In this document: piece by piece, positions 1 to 11,289 of the stretch
Layout of the letters: every line of letters starts with the position of its first letter
Position numbering within the stretch: position 1 is the stretch's first letter
Assembly (NCBI RefSeq): GCF_036365525.1
Contig: NC_090399.1
Coordinates: forward strand, 31,156,430 to 31,220,429
Length of the DNA: 64,000 nt
Source of the DNA: Heterodontus francisci
Taxonomy: Eukaryota
Direction: 5' to 3'
The notes under the pieces: generated by a model
What the model was told of the DNA's origin: nothing
Databases searched by the model: none
What the model saw: the letters and a program-made list of their open reading frames with translations, nothing else
Position numbers and translations under genes: made by a program

Positions 1-440
1 GAGATTGGGGCAACTGGTCCTGTATTCTCCAGAGTTTAGAAGAACTTGAGGTGATCTCATTGAAACCTACAAAATGCTTAAAGGGATAGGCAAGGTCGAT
101 GCAGCTAAGATGGTTCCCCTGGTTGGGTGTTTAGAACCAGGGGGCACAATTTCAAAATAAGGGGGAAGGCGCTTAGAACAGAGATGAGGAGAAACTTCTT
201 TATTCAGAGGGTTGTGAATCTTTAGAATTCTCTACTCCAGAGGGCAGTGGAAGCTCAGTGTTTGAGTATATTTAAAGCAAATATTGACGGATTTCTAAAT
301 ACAAATGATGTCAGGGGATATGGGTATAGGGTGGGAAAAAGGCATTGAAGTGGATGATCAGCCATGATCATATTGAATGGCGGGGAAGGCTCTATGGGCT
401 GAATAGCCTAATACACCTCCTTAGTTCCTTTGTTCCTACG
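1..440 (+). mobile_element. CR1-type LINE 3' fragment (RT C-terminus and 3' UTR), degenerate
   Basis: Degenerate CR1 C-terminal motifs (GDLIETYKMLKG...EMRRNFFIQRVVNL) followed by a CR1-like tail (gggctgaatagccta...ttcctttgttcct). Confidence 0.8.
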
Positions 441-1092
441 AAATGAAACATCATTGACAATGGAACCAAATATCAGGTCCTCTGTATAACCAGTGGACAA
501 TTTTATATTTAACCACCTGAGATGGATTTCTACCCCAGAGTCTAAATCATGAGGTATAAAGCAAGGAGTATAATTAGTTTAAGATCATGCACAGAAAGCA
601 AAATAAAGATTGCAAAATACAGGTGGAATTAACAGAGAGGGAGATTTTTAAAAATCCAGGGAGAAAAAGTTATATATAAATTATCTGAAGAGAAAAAATA
701 AGGCAGGGCTACAGGTAAAAAGCAGCAAAGTGGGATTAGCATGGACTGAATGGCCTCCTTCTGTGATGTAACTATTCTCTGATTCTACGATATATTTTTA
801 TTTAAATCGCCAGCACTAATTATCTTTCAAGGGAATAAGACTTCACACATGCACACATGTAAAAGAAAATTTTCAGAGTCAGAGAGGTTGTGTCGCTGTA
901 ATTATCACAAGGTTAAAAAGTTACTTACTTCTGAATGCACTAGGTCTAACTATTTTCCAACATTCTCAGTGGTGAATGAGTGGGAAAGTCCCCAAAATCA
1001 AGCCGTTGTATTGAGATCAGTGCCAAGACCATTGGCAAGGGCTCCAACAGTGCACCCGATGAAGGAGTGGGCTAGCTCTTACAACAACTTAC

Positions 1093-1125
1093 CAACTTCC
1101 GCATTTGACTGCACATGCACAGGCA
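1093..1125 (-). CDS. Putative 33-nt exon E of the NCR3-like gene (phase 1-1: (V)PVHVQSNAEV)
   Basis: Minus strand aatttcag|TGCCTG...GAAGTTG|gtaagt. Perfect donor, weak polypyrimidine tract, open frame. Confidence 0.3.
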
Positions 1126-1399
1126 CTGAAATTTGCTGTCAGATTTATCCCATTATAGCAATGAACACTGTTAGCCACATAATTATTCTTATCGCAAAAT
1201 CTGGCCTATTATACATTTTTGTTCTATTATTTACACATGATATTCATTTCTAGCAGCAGGCCAGTTATTTCTACAACCTAATATATAATATATGAGTTGG
1301 GTTTCTGTTGTCCAAACCCTTATCTGGGATTAAAAGTAAAATACTGCGGATGCTGAAAATACACAGCACGTCTGGTTGCATTTGTGGACAGAAAAATCG

Positions 1400-1435
1400 A
1401 GTTAATGTTTCCGGTTTGTGACCAGTCATCAGAAC
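1400..1435 (-). ncRNA. Minimal type I hammerhead ribozyme motif in a PLE terminus
   Basis: Minus strand reads gtt CTGATGA ctggtcacaaaccg GAAA ca TTA act: canonical core boxes, stem I gtt/aac and a short stem II. Confidence 0.6.
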
Positions 1436-1643
1436 AGGCAAAGGTTAGAAATGTAACAGGGTTGGAACAAGTGAAAGCGGGGGCGTTGGGGGATAAGATT
1501 AAAAGGGAAGATCTGTGATAGGGCAAAGGGCAGGAGAGATTAACTGACAAAGATGTAATGGAATAAAAGGCAAAGAGAGTAGTAATAGGAAAAGTAAAAG
1601 ACAAAGCATTTGTCTGGAGAGAATGTTGATGGTATAAAAATAA

Positions 1644-2817
1644 AAGAACAAAGAACAAAGAGCAGTACAGCACAGGAACAGGCCATTCGGCCCTCCAAGC
1701 CTGCGCCGATCTTGATGCCTGCCGAAACTAAAACCTTCTGCACTTCCGGGGTCCGTATCCCTCTATTCCCATTCTATTTATGTATTTGCCAAGATGTCTC
1801 TTAAACGTCTCTATGGTACCTGCTTCCACCACCTCCCCCGGCAACAAGTTCCAGGCACTCACCACCCTCTGTGTAAAGAACTTGCCATCCCCTCTAAACT
1901 TTGCCCCTCTCACCTTAAACCTATGTCCCCTAGTAACTGACTCTTGCACCCTGGGAAAAAGCTTCTGACTATCCACTCTGTCCATGCCGCTTATAACATT
2001 GTAAACCTCTATCATGTCGCCCCTCCACCTCCGTCGTTACAGTGAAAACAATGCGAGTTTATCCAACCTCTCCTCATAGCTAATGCCCTCCAGACCAGGC
2101 AACATCCTGGTAAACAACTTCTGTACCCTCTCCAAAGCCTCCATGTCCTTCTGGTAGTGTGGCGACCAGAATTGCACGCAATATTCTAAGTGTGGCCTAA
2201 CTAAAGTTCTGTACAGCTGCAGCATGACTTGCCTATTTTTATACTCTATGCCCCGACCGATGAAGGCAAGCATGCCGTATGCCTTCTTGACTACGTTAAC
2301 CACCTGCGTTGCCACTTTCAGTGACCTGTGGACCTGTATGCCCAGATCTCTCCGCCTGTCAATACTTCTAAGGGTTCTGCCATTTACTGTATACCTCCCA
2401 CCTGCATTAGACCTTCCAAAATGCATTACCTCACATTTGTCCGAATTAAACTCCATCTGCCATTTCTCCACCAAGTTTGCAACCGATCTATATCCTGCTG
2501 TATCCTCTGAGAATCCTCATCACTGTCCGCAAGTCCACCAACCTTTGTGTCGTCCGCAAACTTACTAATCAGACAAGCCAAATTTTCCACCAAATTATTT
2601 ATATATATGACAAACAGCAAAGGTCCCAGCACTGATCCCTGCTGAACACCACTTGTCACATCCCTCCATTCAGAAAAGCACCCTTCCACTGCTACCCTTT
2701 GTCTTCCATGACAGAGCCAGTTCTGCATCAATCTTGCCAGCTCCCCTCTGATCCCATGTGACTTCACCTTTTGTATCAGTCTGCCATGAGGGACCTTGTC
2801 AAAGGCTTTACTGAAGT
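1644..2817 (-). mobile_element. CR1 LINE, 5'-truncated (RT C-terminal half and 3' tail)
   Basis: ORFs 2426-2899, 2037-2474 and 1728-2015 contain FSKAFDKVPH, QGSVLGPLLF, KFADDTK and RPHLEYCVQFWSP. (TTGTTCT)n-type 3' tail at ~1644-1660. Confidence 0.95.
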
Positions 2818-3477
2818 AATAATGAACATCTTGGTCCAAAAGCAAAAACATGAGATACACGTTTAAGACTAGTACATGGTAAAAAAAAATGGTAGTCATA
2901 GTTTGAAGTTGTTGAACTCAATATTGAGTACAGAAGACTGTCGAGTGCCTAATTGGAAGATAGGATGCTGTTTATCAAGCTTTCTCTGAGCTTCACTGGA
3001 ACACTACAGAAGAACAAGGACAGAAATGTGGACATGAGAGTAGGGAGGAAAAATAAAATAGCAAGAAAACCAGAAGCTCGGAGTCATGCTTGCAGACTGA
3101 ATGGAGGTGTTCCACAAAGCAGTCACCCAGTCTGCATTTGGTCTCCCCAGTGTAGAGGAGATCACATTGTGTGCAGCGAATACAGTATACTAAATTGAAA
3201 AAAAGTACAAGTAAATCGCTGCTTCACCTGGAAGGAGTGTTTGGTGTTTGGGGCCTTGATTGGTGAGGAAAGAGGAGGTAAAAGGGCAGCTACTACACCT
3301 CCTGTGATTGCATGGGAAGCTGCCGTGGGAAGAGGTTGAGCTGTCGGGGTGATGGAGGAGTGGACCAGGATATCACAGAGGGAATTATGACTTTGACAGG
3401 GGAGGGCAGGGTCAATGTGTTTGGCTGTGCCATGTAGTTTTTAAATGATGTGATTTCCTTCTTGTTGGGTTACTTAC

Positions 3478-3518
3478 CAGATCTTGCACTCCTGTTGATA
3501 GAAACGAGGTGAAACTCG
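3478..3518 (-). CDS. Putative 41-nt exon D of the NCR3-like gene
   Basis: ttattttgcag|CGAGTT...GATCTG|gtaagt, both sites strong. Open in all frames (phase 1-0 ASFTSFLSTGVQDL; phase 2-1 EFHLVSINRSARS). Confidence 0.55.
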
Positions 3519-3804
3519 CTGCAAAATAAATTATGGGAATATAAATATAAAACACACTAGCAGGTCTCCCCTGACATTGTTCATGGTGAATCAGATGGTG
3601 CACTGCTTTATAATAATGGTAATCTGTCATCAAAAAAATGACTGCTAAAATGTTACAAGTATGGGTGTTGTTTACAGGAAGTGTTTGTTGTGTGTAAGAT
3701 ATTGCCACATTGCAAATATATCCATCAGGCATTTAGCCCTTACAGCTTTGCTCAGTTGCCAACACTAAATAGTGAACATTGCAAGATTCAAGCAACATAC
3801 ATAC

Positions 3805-3820
3805 TCCACGGATTAGAGGC
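3805..3820 (-). CDS. Putative micro-exon C1 (16 nt, or a terminal exon) with an in-frame TAA
   Basis: catccctcaatag|GCCTCTAATCCGTGGA|gtatgt. The acceptor is conserved in all three repeat copies. Phase 1 reading is G-L-stop. Confidence 0.4.
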
Positions 3821-4238
3821 CTATTGAGGGATGAAATTGAAATTATCGACAGTGATGGCATTTTTGTTGAATGGAAATGAAGAAAAGCAATGTTGGCTTA
3901 ATGTAAATCAGATCCCAGAGACTAAGGATGTGAATTCTTGTACAAATATAAAGCGATGAATATGAAGACTTTTTTTTTTAAAGAACCCAAAATATTTTCA
4001 TGCTGACCATTTGTGATCTTCTACACTTCTGTTTAAAACAAAGCCACTAACTGAGCTAAAACAACTGTAATGGTACAGTTTGAAAAGCCTCATTTCAGGC
4101 ATTTCCTTGAACCATAATTTCGATAAATTGGGAACTTTTAAAGCAGTTTTAAACCTTTGGATAATAATATTTTGGGTTCCAATATCCCCATTTAAGCTAA
4201 TATTGTTTGCTCATGGATAAAATACCAACTTTTCTTAC

Positions 4239-4276
4239 CCGCTGTGGGAGTGATTGCTGGAATATCTATTTCTTGC
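4239..4276 (-). CDS. Putative exon B1 (38 nt, phase 2-1: QEIDIPAITPTA)
   Basis: ttcttgctttgcag|GCAAGAA...CAGCGG|gtaaga. Same length and splice sites in all three copies. Confidence 0.6.
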
Positions 4277-4774
4277 CTGCAAAGCAAGAAGATGAAACTG
4301 GTCAACTGCATGGTCTCATACCACAGCAACAAATAATTATATTTATATAGCAACTTTAACATAATAAAATATCCCAAACAATTCACAGGAGCATTATAAA
4401 ACAAAATATGGCATTGAGCCACATAAGGAATATTAGATCAGATGACCAAAAGTTTGGACAAAGATGTAGGTTTGAAGGAATGTCTGAAAAGACGTAAGTG
4501 AGGTAGAGAGGCGAAGAGGTGTAGGGAGGGTATTCCACAGTTTTGTAACATAGCAGCATAGACAAACTTAAGGCACTGAAGGAGGCTGTTCAGCTTCAAG
4601 TGATTTATTAAATTGTGATATGTTTCTGCCTCTACCACCCTTTCAGGCAATGAGTTACAGACCTCCACCACTCTCTGGGTAAAATAAATAGTGCTGAACC
4701 CCCCTCTAATCCTTCTCCCAGTTATTCCATGTATTTCTTATCATATGAATGTATATTGACTAATAATTACTCAC

Positions 4775-4793
4775 GTTGGAGCCTGTTGAACAT
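4775..4793 (-). CDS. Putative micro-exon A1 (19 nt, phase 1-2: (D)VQQAP(T))
   Basis: tctcccttttcattag|ATGTTCAACAGGCTCCAAC|gtgagt. Confidence 0.6.
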
Positions 4794-5860
4794 CTAATGA
4801 AAAGGGAGATACAAAAGACAAGTGGATTAGAAAATACATTTCTTATTACTTACCTCTTATTTCTAATCACCACCAGTTTTGCACACGGAGTAATACTGAC
4901 TTCAAAATAATTCATTATGTGAAGTGATTCAATATGTATGAGAGACAAGATAAAACCACTGTATGAGTGCAAATTGTTCCATTTTGAATGCATTTTATCT
5001 GACAATACATCTCTAGAAAAGTACAGAATGAGGGATGGTCTGGGAGAGTTGTGTCATCTCCATTCATTCCTACCCATATCCGATTGCAGCCCCAATATCT
5101 CTTAGAACATCAGACAATGGAATGTTTCAGGTATTCATACACTAATGTCACCAATGGATTAGAATCATTGAATATAACAGTACAGCACAGAAGAAGACCA
5201 TGTGGCCTGATGAGTCTGTGCAGGACATTTCACAGAGCTATCCTGTTAGTCCTCACTTTCACCCTTTACCCTACACTTTTCCACATTCATCAAAAATGTA
5301 TTTAACACCCTGGAATTGTAAATTTGTTTCTCCTACACAACTTTGAGCTTCTCCATTCTGCATTACCACAGACAGACTCTGTTGATTAGAGGCCTATTGA
5401 GGGATGGAATAGTAATTATCTACAGTGATGGCATTTTTGTTAAGTGGGACAGAAAAAAAAGTGGTGCCTTATGATAAATCAATCACAGAGACTGAGGATC
5501 TGCATTCTTGTACAAATGTAACAAACTTTTCTAAAGAGTTGAATATGAACACTTTTTTAGAATATAAAATATTTTCATGCTTGTAATTTGTCATCTTGAT
5601 AAGTTTTTGTTCAAAGGAAAGACATTAACTGAACTATGACAAGTGTAATGGCACAGTTTGAAAAGCCTGATTTCAAACATTTCTCCGGAACCATAAGTTA
5701 CGTATCAAATTGTAAACTTTTAAACCAGCTTTAAAGCTTTGGATAGTATTATTTTTGTGTTGGGGGGCGGGGGGTGGGGGGGGGTGGTGCTGGTGGTGGG
5801 GGGTGGTTTGTATTATCCCCATGGAAGTTTATCCATAGATTAAAAACCAGATTTTCTTAC

Positions 5861-5898
5861 CAACTGTTGAAGTGATTTCTGGAATATCTGTTCCTTGT
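5861..5898 (-). CDS. Putative exon B2 (38 nt: QGTDIPEITSTV)
   Basis: ttgatttgcag|ACAAGG...CAGTTG|gtaaga. Confidence 0.6.
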
Positions 5899-6056
5899 CT
5901 GCAAATCAAGTCGGTGAAAGATGTCAATTGCATGTGCTCATACCACAACAACTATTTATATTTATATCGCACTTTTGTCGTAATAAAATGTTACAGGACA
6001 CTTCACAGGAGCATTATAAAACAAAATATGGCACTGAGCGACATAAGGAGTATTAG

Positions 6057-6223
6057 AGTTAACATTTCGGGTCAGTGACCCTTCTTCGGAAGGGTCTTCT
6101 GATCACTAACCCGAAATGTTAACTGTGCTTCTCTTTTCACAGATGCTGCCAGACCTGCTGAGTGGTTCCAGCATTGCTTGTTTTTATTTCAGATTTCCAG
6201 CATCTGCAGTATTTTGCTTTTAT
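6057..6223 (+). mobile_element. Miniature PLE-derived insertion (terminal repeat with a short inverted 5' arm)
   Basis: Absent from the other two repeat copies. 14-bp TSD ataaggagtattag (6043-6056 / 6224-6237). Sequence matches the PLE end at 23630-23769. Confidence 0.85.
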
Positions 6224-6658
6224 ATAAGGAGTATTAGGTCAGATGACCAAAAGCTTGGATAAAGAGTTGGGGTTTAAAGAGTGTCTAATAGGAAGAAAAC
6301 GAGGCAGAGAGGAAGAGAGGTGTACAGAGAGTATTCCACAGTTTTGTAACATAGAAACATAGAAAAACCTAAGGCACAGAAGGAAGCTCTTCAGCCCATC
6401 ATGTCTATGCAGGTCGAGAAAGAGTTATCCATCCTAATCTGACTTTCCATCTCTTGGTCTGTAGCCCTGGAAATTAGAGAACTTCAAGTGCTTTATAAAT
6501 GAGATGTGTTTCTGCCTCTACCACCTTTCAGGCAATGAGTTGCAGACCTCCACTACCTTATGGTGATAAAATTACTGCTCAGCACCCCTCTAATACTTCT
6601 ACCAATTACTCAGTGTATATCTTATCATATGAATGTATATTTACGAACAATTACTCAC

Positions 6659-6677
6659 CTTTGAGTCTGAAGAACAT
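6659..6677 (-). CDS. Putative micro-exon A2 (19 nt: (D)VLQTQ(R))
   Basis: gtcccttttcattag|ATGTTCTTCAGACTCAAAG|gtgagt. Confidence 0.6.
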
Positions 6678-9677
6678 CTAATGAAAAGGGACATACAAAA
6701 GAAAAGTTTATTACAAAATACATTTATTAATTAAGTCTTATTTCTTATTGTTTCCAGTTTTGCATACAGAGCAATACTGACTTCAACATAATTCAATGTT
6801 CAAATATACGCGCATATAAATATGTATAAGAGACATGATGAAAACACCATATGAATGGAATTTGCTTCATTTTGAATGCATTTTATCTTAAAATGCATCT
6901 CAAGAAAGGAATAGGCTGAGAGATGGCCTCAGAGAGAGTGCCATCCCCACCCATTGCCACCCATATCCAACTGCATCAATGTCTCTTAGAACTTTAAACA
7001 ATGGAATGTCTGATGTATTCATACGCTAATGCAACAATAAATTAGAATCAATGAATATAACAGTACAGCACAGAAGGAGGCCATGCGGGCTGATGAGTCT
7101 GTGCAGGCCCTTTCACAGAGTAATCCAGTTCATCCTTACTTTCCCCCTTTTCCTGACAATTTTCCCCATTCTTCAAGAATTTATCCATTTCCCTTGGATT
7201 ATAAATTTGTTTTCCATATACAACTTTGAGCTTCTCCCATCTGCATTACTCCATACAGACTCTGTTGATTCAAGGCCTATTGAGGGATGGAATGGTAATC
7301 AACTACAAACAAACAAGGAACAAGGAACAGTACAGCACAGGAACAGGCCATTCGGCCCTCCAAGCCTGTGCCGATCTTGATGCCTGCATAAACTAAAACC
7401 TTCTGCACTTCCGGGGTCCATATCCCTCTATTCACATCCGATTCATGTATTTGTCAAGATGCCTCTTAAACGTCTCTATGGTACCTGCTTCCACCACCTC
7501 CCCCGGCAACAATTTCCAGGCACTCACCACCCTCTGTGTAAAGAACTTGCCTCGCACATCCCCTCTAAACTTTGCCCCTCTCACCTTAAACCTATGTCCC
7601 CCAGTAACTTACTCTTCCAGGCTGGGAAAAAGCTTCTGACTATCCACTCTGTCCATGCCGCTTATAACTTTGTAAACCTCTATTATGTCGCCCCTCCACC
7701 TCCATCGTTTCAGTGAAAACAATGCGAGTTTATCCAACCTCTCCTCATAGCTAATGCCCTCCAGACCAGGCAACATCCTGGTAAACCTCTTCTGTACCCT
7801 CTCCAAAGCCTTCACGTCCTTCTGATAGTGTGGCGACCAGAATTGCACGCAATATTCTAAGTGTGGCCTAACTAAAGTTCTGTACAGCTGCAGCATGACT
7901 TGCCTATTTTTATACTCTATGCCGTGACCGATGAAGGCAAGCATGCCGTATGCCTTCTTGACTACGTTATCCACCTGCGTTGCCACTTTCAGTGACCTGT
8001 GGACCTGTACGCCCAGATCTCTCCGCCTGTCAATACTCCTAAGGGTTCTGCCATTTACTGTATACTTCCCACCTGCATTAGACCTTCCAAAATGCATTAC
8101 CTCTCATTTGTCCAAATTAAACTCCAGCTGCCATTTCTCCGCCCAAGTCTCCAACCGATCCATATCCTGCTGTATCGTCTGACAATCCTCATCACTGTCC
8201 ACAACTCCACCAAACTTTGTGTCATCCACAAACTTACTAATCAGACCAGCTACATTTTTCTCCAAATCATTTATATATACTACAAACAGCAAAGGTCCCA
8301 GCACTGATCCCTGTGGAACACCACTAGTCAAATCCCTCCATTCAGAAAAGCACCCTTCCACTGCTACCCTTTGTCTTCTCTGACCGAGCCAGTTCTGTAT
8401 CCATCTTGCCAGCTCCCCTCTGATCCCATGTGACTTCACCTTTTGTATCAGTCTGCCATGAGGGACCTTGTCAAAGGCTTTACTGAAGTCCAAAGATAAC
8501 ATCCACTGCCATTCCTTCATCAATCATCTTTGTCACTTCCTCAAAAAACTCGAATACATTAGTGAGACACAACCTCCCCTTCACAAAACCATGCTGCCTC
8601 TCGCTAATAAGTCCATTTGTTTCCAAATGGGAGTAAATCCTGTCCCGAAGAATCCTCTCTAATAATTTCCCTACCACTGATGTAAGGCTCACCGGCCTAT
8701 AATTCCCTGGATTATCCTTGCTACCCTTCTCAAACAAAGGAACAACATTGGCTATACTCCAGTCCTCTGGGACCTCACCTGTAGCCAATGAGAATGCAAA
8801 GGTTTCTGTCAAGGGCCCAGCAATTTCTTCCCTTGCCTCCCTCAGTATTCTGGGGTAGATCCCATCAGGCCCTAGGGATTTATCTACCTTAATGCTTTGC
8901 AAGACACTCAACACCTCCTCCTTTTTGATAATGAGATGACTGAGACTATCTACACTCCCTTCCCTAGGCTCATCATCCACCAAGTCCTTCTACTTGGTGA
9001 ATACTCATGCAAAATACTCATTTCGCACCTCGCACATTTCCTCTGGCTCCACACATAGAGTGCCTTCTCTGTCCTTGAGTCGGCCAACCCTTTCCCTGGT
9101 TACCCTCTTGCTCTTTATATACGTATAAAAAGCCTTGGGATTTTCCTTAATCCTGTTTGCCAATGACTTCTCATAACCCATTTTAGCCCTCCTGACTCCT
9201 TGCTTCAGTTCCTTCCTAGTGTCTTTATATTCATCAAGGGATTCGTCTGTTCCCAGCCTTCCAGCCCTTACAAATGCTTCCTTTTTCTTTTTGACGAGGC
9301 TCACAATATCCCGCGTTATCCAAGGTTCCCGAAACTTGCCAAACTTATCCTTCTTCCTCACAGGAACATGCTGGTCCTGCATTCTAATCAACTGATGGTT
9401 GAAAGACTCAAGCATGTCAGATGTTGATTTCGTCTCAAACAGACGCCCCCAATCTAAATTGTTCAGTTCCTGCCTAATATTGTTATAATTAGCCTTCCCC
9501 CAATTTAGCACCTTCACCCGAGGACTTCTCTTATCCTTATCCACAAGTACCTTAAAACTTATGGAATTATGGTCACTGTTCCCGAAATGCTCCCCTACTG
9601 AAACTTCAACCAGCTGGCCGGGCTCATTCCCCAATACCAGGTCCAGTACGGCCGCATCCCTAGTTGGACTATCTACA

Positions 9678-9726
9678 AAGAACAAAGAACAGTACAGCAC
9701 AGGAACAGGCCATTCGGCCCTCCAAT
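9678..9726 (-). mobile_element. ~50-bp extreme 3' end of CR1 nested in a CR1 of the same family
   Basis: aagaacaaagaacagtacagcacaggaacaggccattcggccctccaa is near-identical to the tails at 1645 and 7315. Flanked by taca/taca. Confidence 0.8.
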
Positions 9727-9806
9727 TACATATTGTTTCAAGAAGCCCTCCTGGATGGTCTTTACAAATTCTGCCCCATCCAAGCTAAGTGTGTCCCAGT
9801 CAATAT

Positions 9807-9966
9807 CCTTTTGGGCCTCCTTATCTTGAAAGACAATGGATACGTGCCTGGAGGTGGTCAGTGGTTTGTGAAGCAGCGCCTGGAGTGGCTATAAAGGCCA
9901 ATTCTAGAGTGACAGGCTCTTCCACAAGTGTTGCAGAGAAATTTGTTTGTCGGGGCTGTTGCACTA
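9807..9966 (-). mobile_element. Short RTE-family 3' fragment nested in CR1
   Basis: Near-identical to 18790-18946. TSD tcaatat (9800-9806 / 9967-9973). Confidence 0.9.
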
Positions 9967-10425
9967 TCAATATAGGGGAAGTTAAAATCACCCACCACTA
10001 CAACCCTGTTACCTTTACATCTTTACAGTGGTGGCATTTTTGTTAAACGGGACAGAAGGAAAGCAGTGGTGCCTTTTGATAAATTAGATCTAGAGACTGA
10101 GGATCAACATTCTTCTACAAGTGTAACAACTTGTCTAAAGAGATGAATATGAACACTTTTTAAGAATATAAAATATTTTCATGCTGTCAATTTGTTATCT
10201 TGATAATTTTATGTTTAATACTAGGACATTAAATGAGCTATGGCAACTGTAATAGCACAGTTTGAAAAGCCTGATTTCAGGCATTTCCCTGAACCATAAC
10301 TTGGGTATCAAATTGTAAACCTTTAAAGCAGTTTTAAACCTTTGGATAGTAATTGTTTGGGTTCTAATATCCCCATAAAAGGTTATATTGTTTGTCCATG
10401 GATTAAAAAACTCTGCTTTTCTTAC

Positions 10426-10463
10426 CCTCTATGGAAGTCATGTCTGGAATATTTGTTTCTTGT
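10426..10463 (-). CDS. Putative exon B3 (38 nt: QETNIPDMTSIE)
   Basis: tcttgctttgcag|ACAAGA...TAGAGG|gtaaga. Confidence 0.65.
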
Positions 10464-11045
10464 CTGCAAAGCAAGAGGTGAAACAAATGAACTGCGTGTT
10501 CTCAATCCACAACTACGATTACTTATATTTATATGGCAACATTAACATCTAAAAACATCGCAAGGCACTTCACAAGAGCAAAATAAAAAACATGGCAATG
10601 TAACACCTAAGAAGATATTAGGTCAGATGACCAAATTCTAGGACACAAGATACGTTTTAAGGAATGTCTTAATAGAAGAAAGTGAAGTAGAGAAGCAGAG
10701 AGGTGCAGGGAGGATATTCCGCAGTTTTGTAACAGCGAAGCATAGAAAAATATAAGGCACAGAAGGAGGATGTTCCGCCTATCATGTCTGTGCCAGTCAA
10801 AAAAGAGTTATCCAGCCTAATCTGACTTTCCAGCTCTTGATTTGTTGCCGTGTAAATTACAGCACGTCAAGTTTTTTTAAAAATGTAATGTGTTTCTGCC
10901 TCTACCACCCTTTCAGGCAATGAGTTCCAGACGCCACCACCCTCTGGTTGAAAAGGAATTACTGCTTAACTCCCATCTAATCCTTCTACCAATTACTCTG
11001 TGTATTTCTTATCATATAAATGTATATTTACTAACAATTACTCAC

Positions 11046-11064
11046 CTTTGAATCTGAAGAATAG
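11046..11064 (-). CDS. Putative micro-exon A3 (19 nt: (A)ILQIQ(R))
   Basis: tctcccttttcattag|CTATTCTTCAGATTCAAAG|gtgagt. Phase-compatible with the TM exon donor. Confidence 0.65.
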
Positions 11065-11289
11065 CTAATGAAAAGGGAGATACAGAAGAAAAGTGCATTA
11101 CAAAATACATTTCTCATTACTTAATTTCTTATTGTTGCCAGTTTTGCTAATGGAGCAAAATAATTAATTGTGGGAAGTGATTCAATATGTATGAGAGACT
11201 TGATAACGCCACCGTATGAATGGAAGTTGTTTAATTTTTCATACATTTTATCTTCATATACATTTCAAGAAAAGAACAGGCTAAGGGGT

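Larger units (their letters stand above)
1330..3410 (-). mobile_element. Degenerate Penelope-like element 3' part (GIY-YIG end plus terminal repeat), split by a CR1 insertion
   Basis: 2900-3400 is homologous to the GIY-YIG region at 22860-23270 in reverse orientation. 1330-1640 matches the PLE terminal sequence at 23460-23769. Confidence 0.8.
7308..10023 (-). mobile_element. CR1 LINE, 5'-truncated within the endonuclease domain, frameshifted
   Basis: ORFs 9005-9700 (LDLVLGNEP, SDHN), 8480-8983 (GPDGIYPRIL, NYRPVSLTS), 8104-8523 and 7609-8097. Flanked by taca (7304-7307 / 10024-10027). Confidence 0.95.

Noticed and set aside
1140-1216. Minus-strand frame DFAIRIIMWLTVFIAIMG* resembling an Arg-containing TM
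   Set aside because: No polypyrimidine tract at the required acceptor, and an immediate stop.
849-1253. 134-aa plus-strand ORF with a hydrophobic C-terminus
   Set aside because: No recognisable family. Splice signals here favour the minus strand. Likely a chance ORF.
4775-11064. Model in which the three 19-nt exons splice directly together, each in a different frame
   Set aside because: It is open (3x19=57), but each unit also has a strong 38-nt exon that restores frame per cassette, which is the simpler model.
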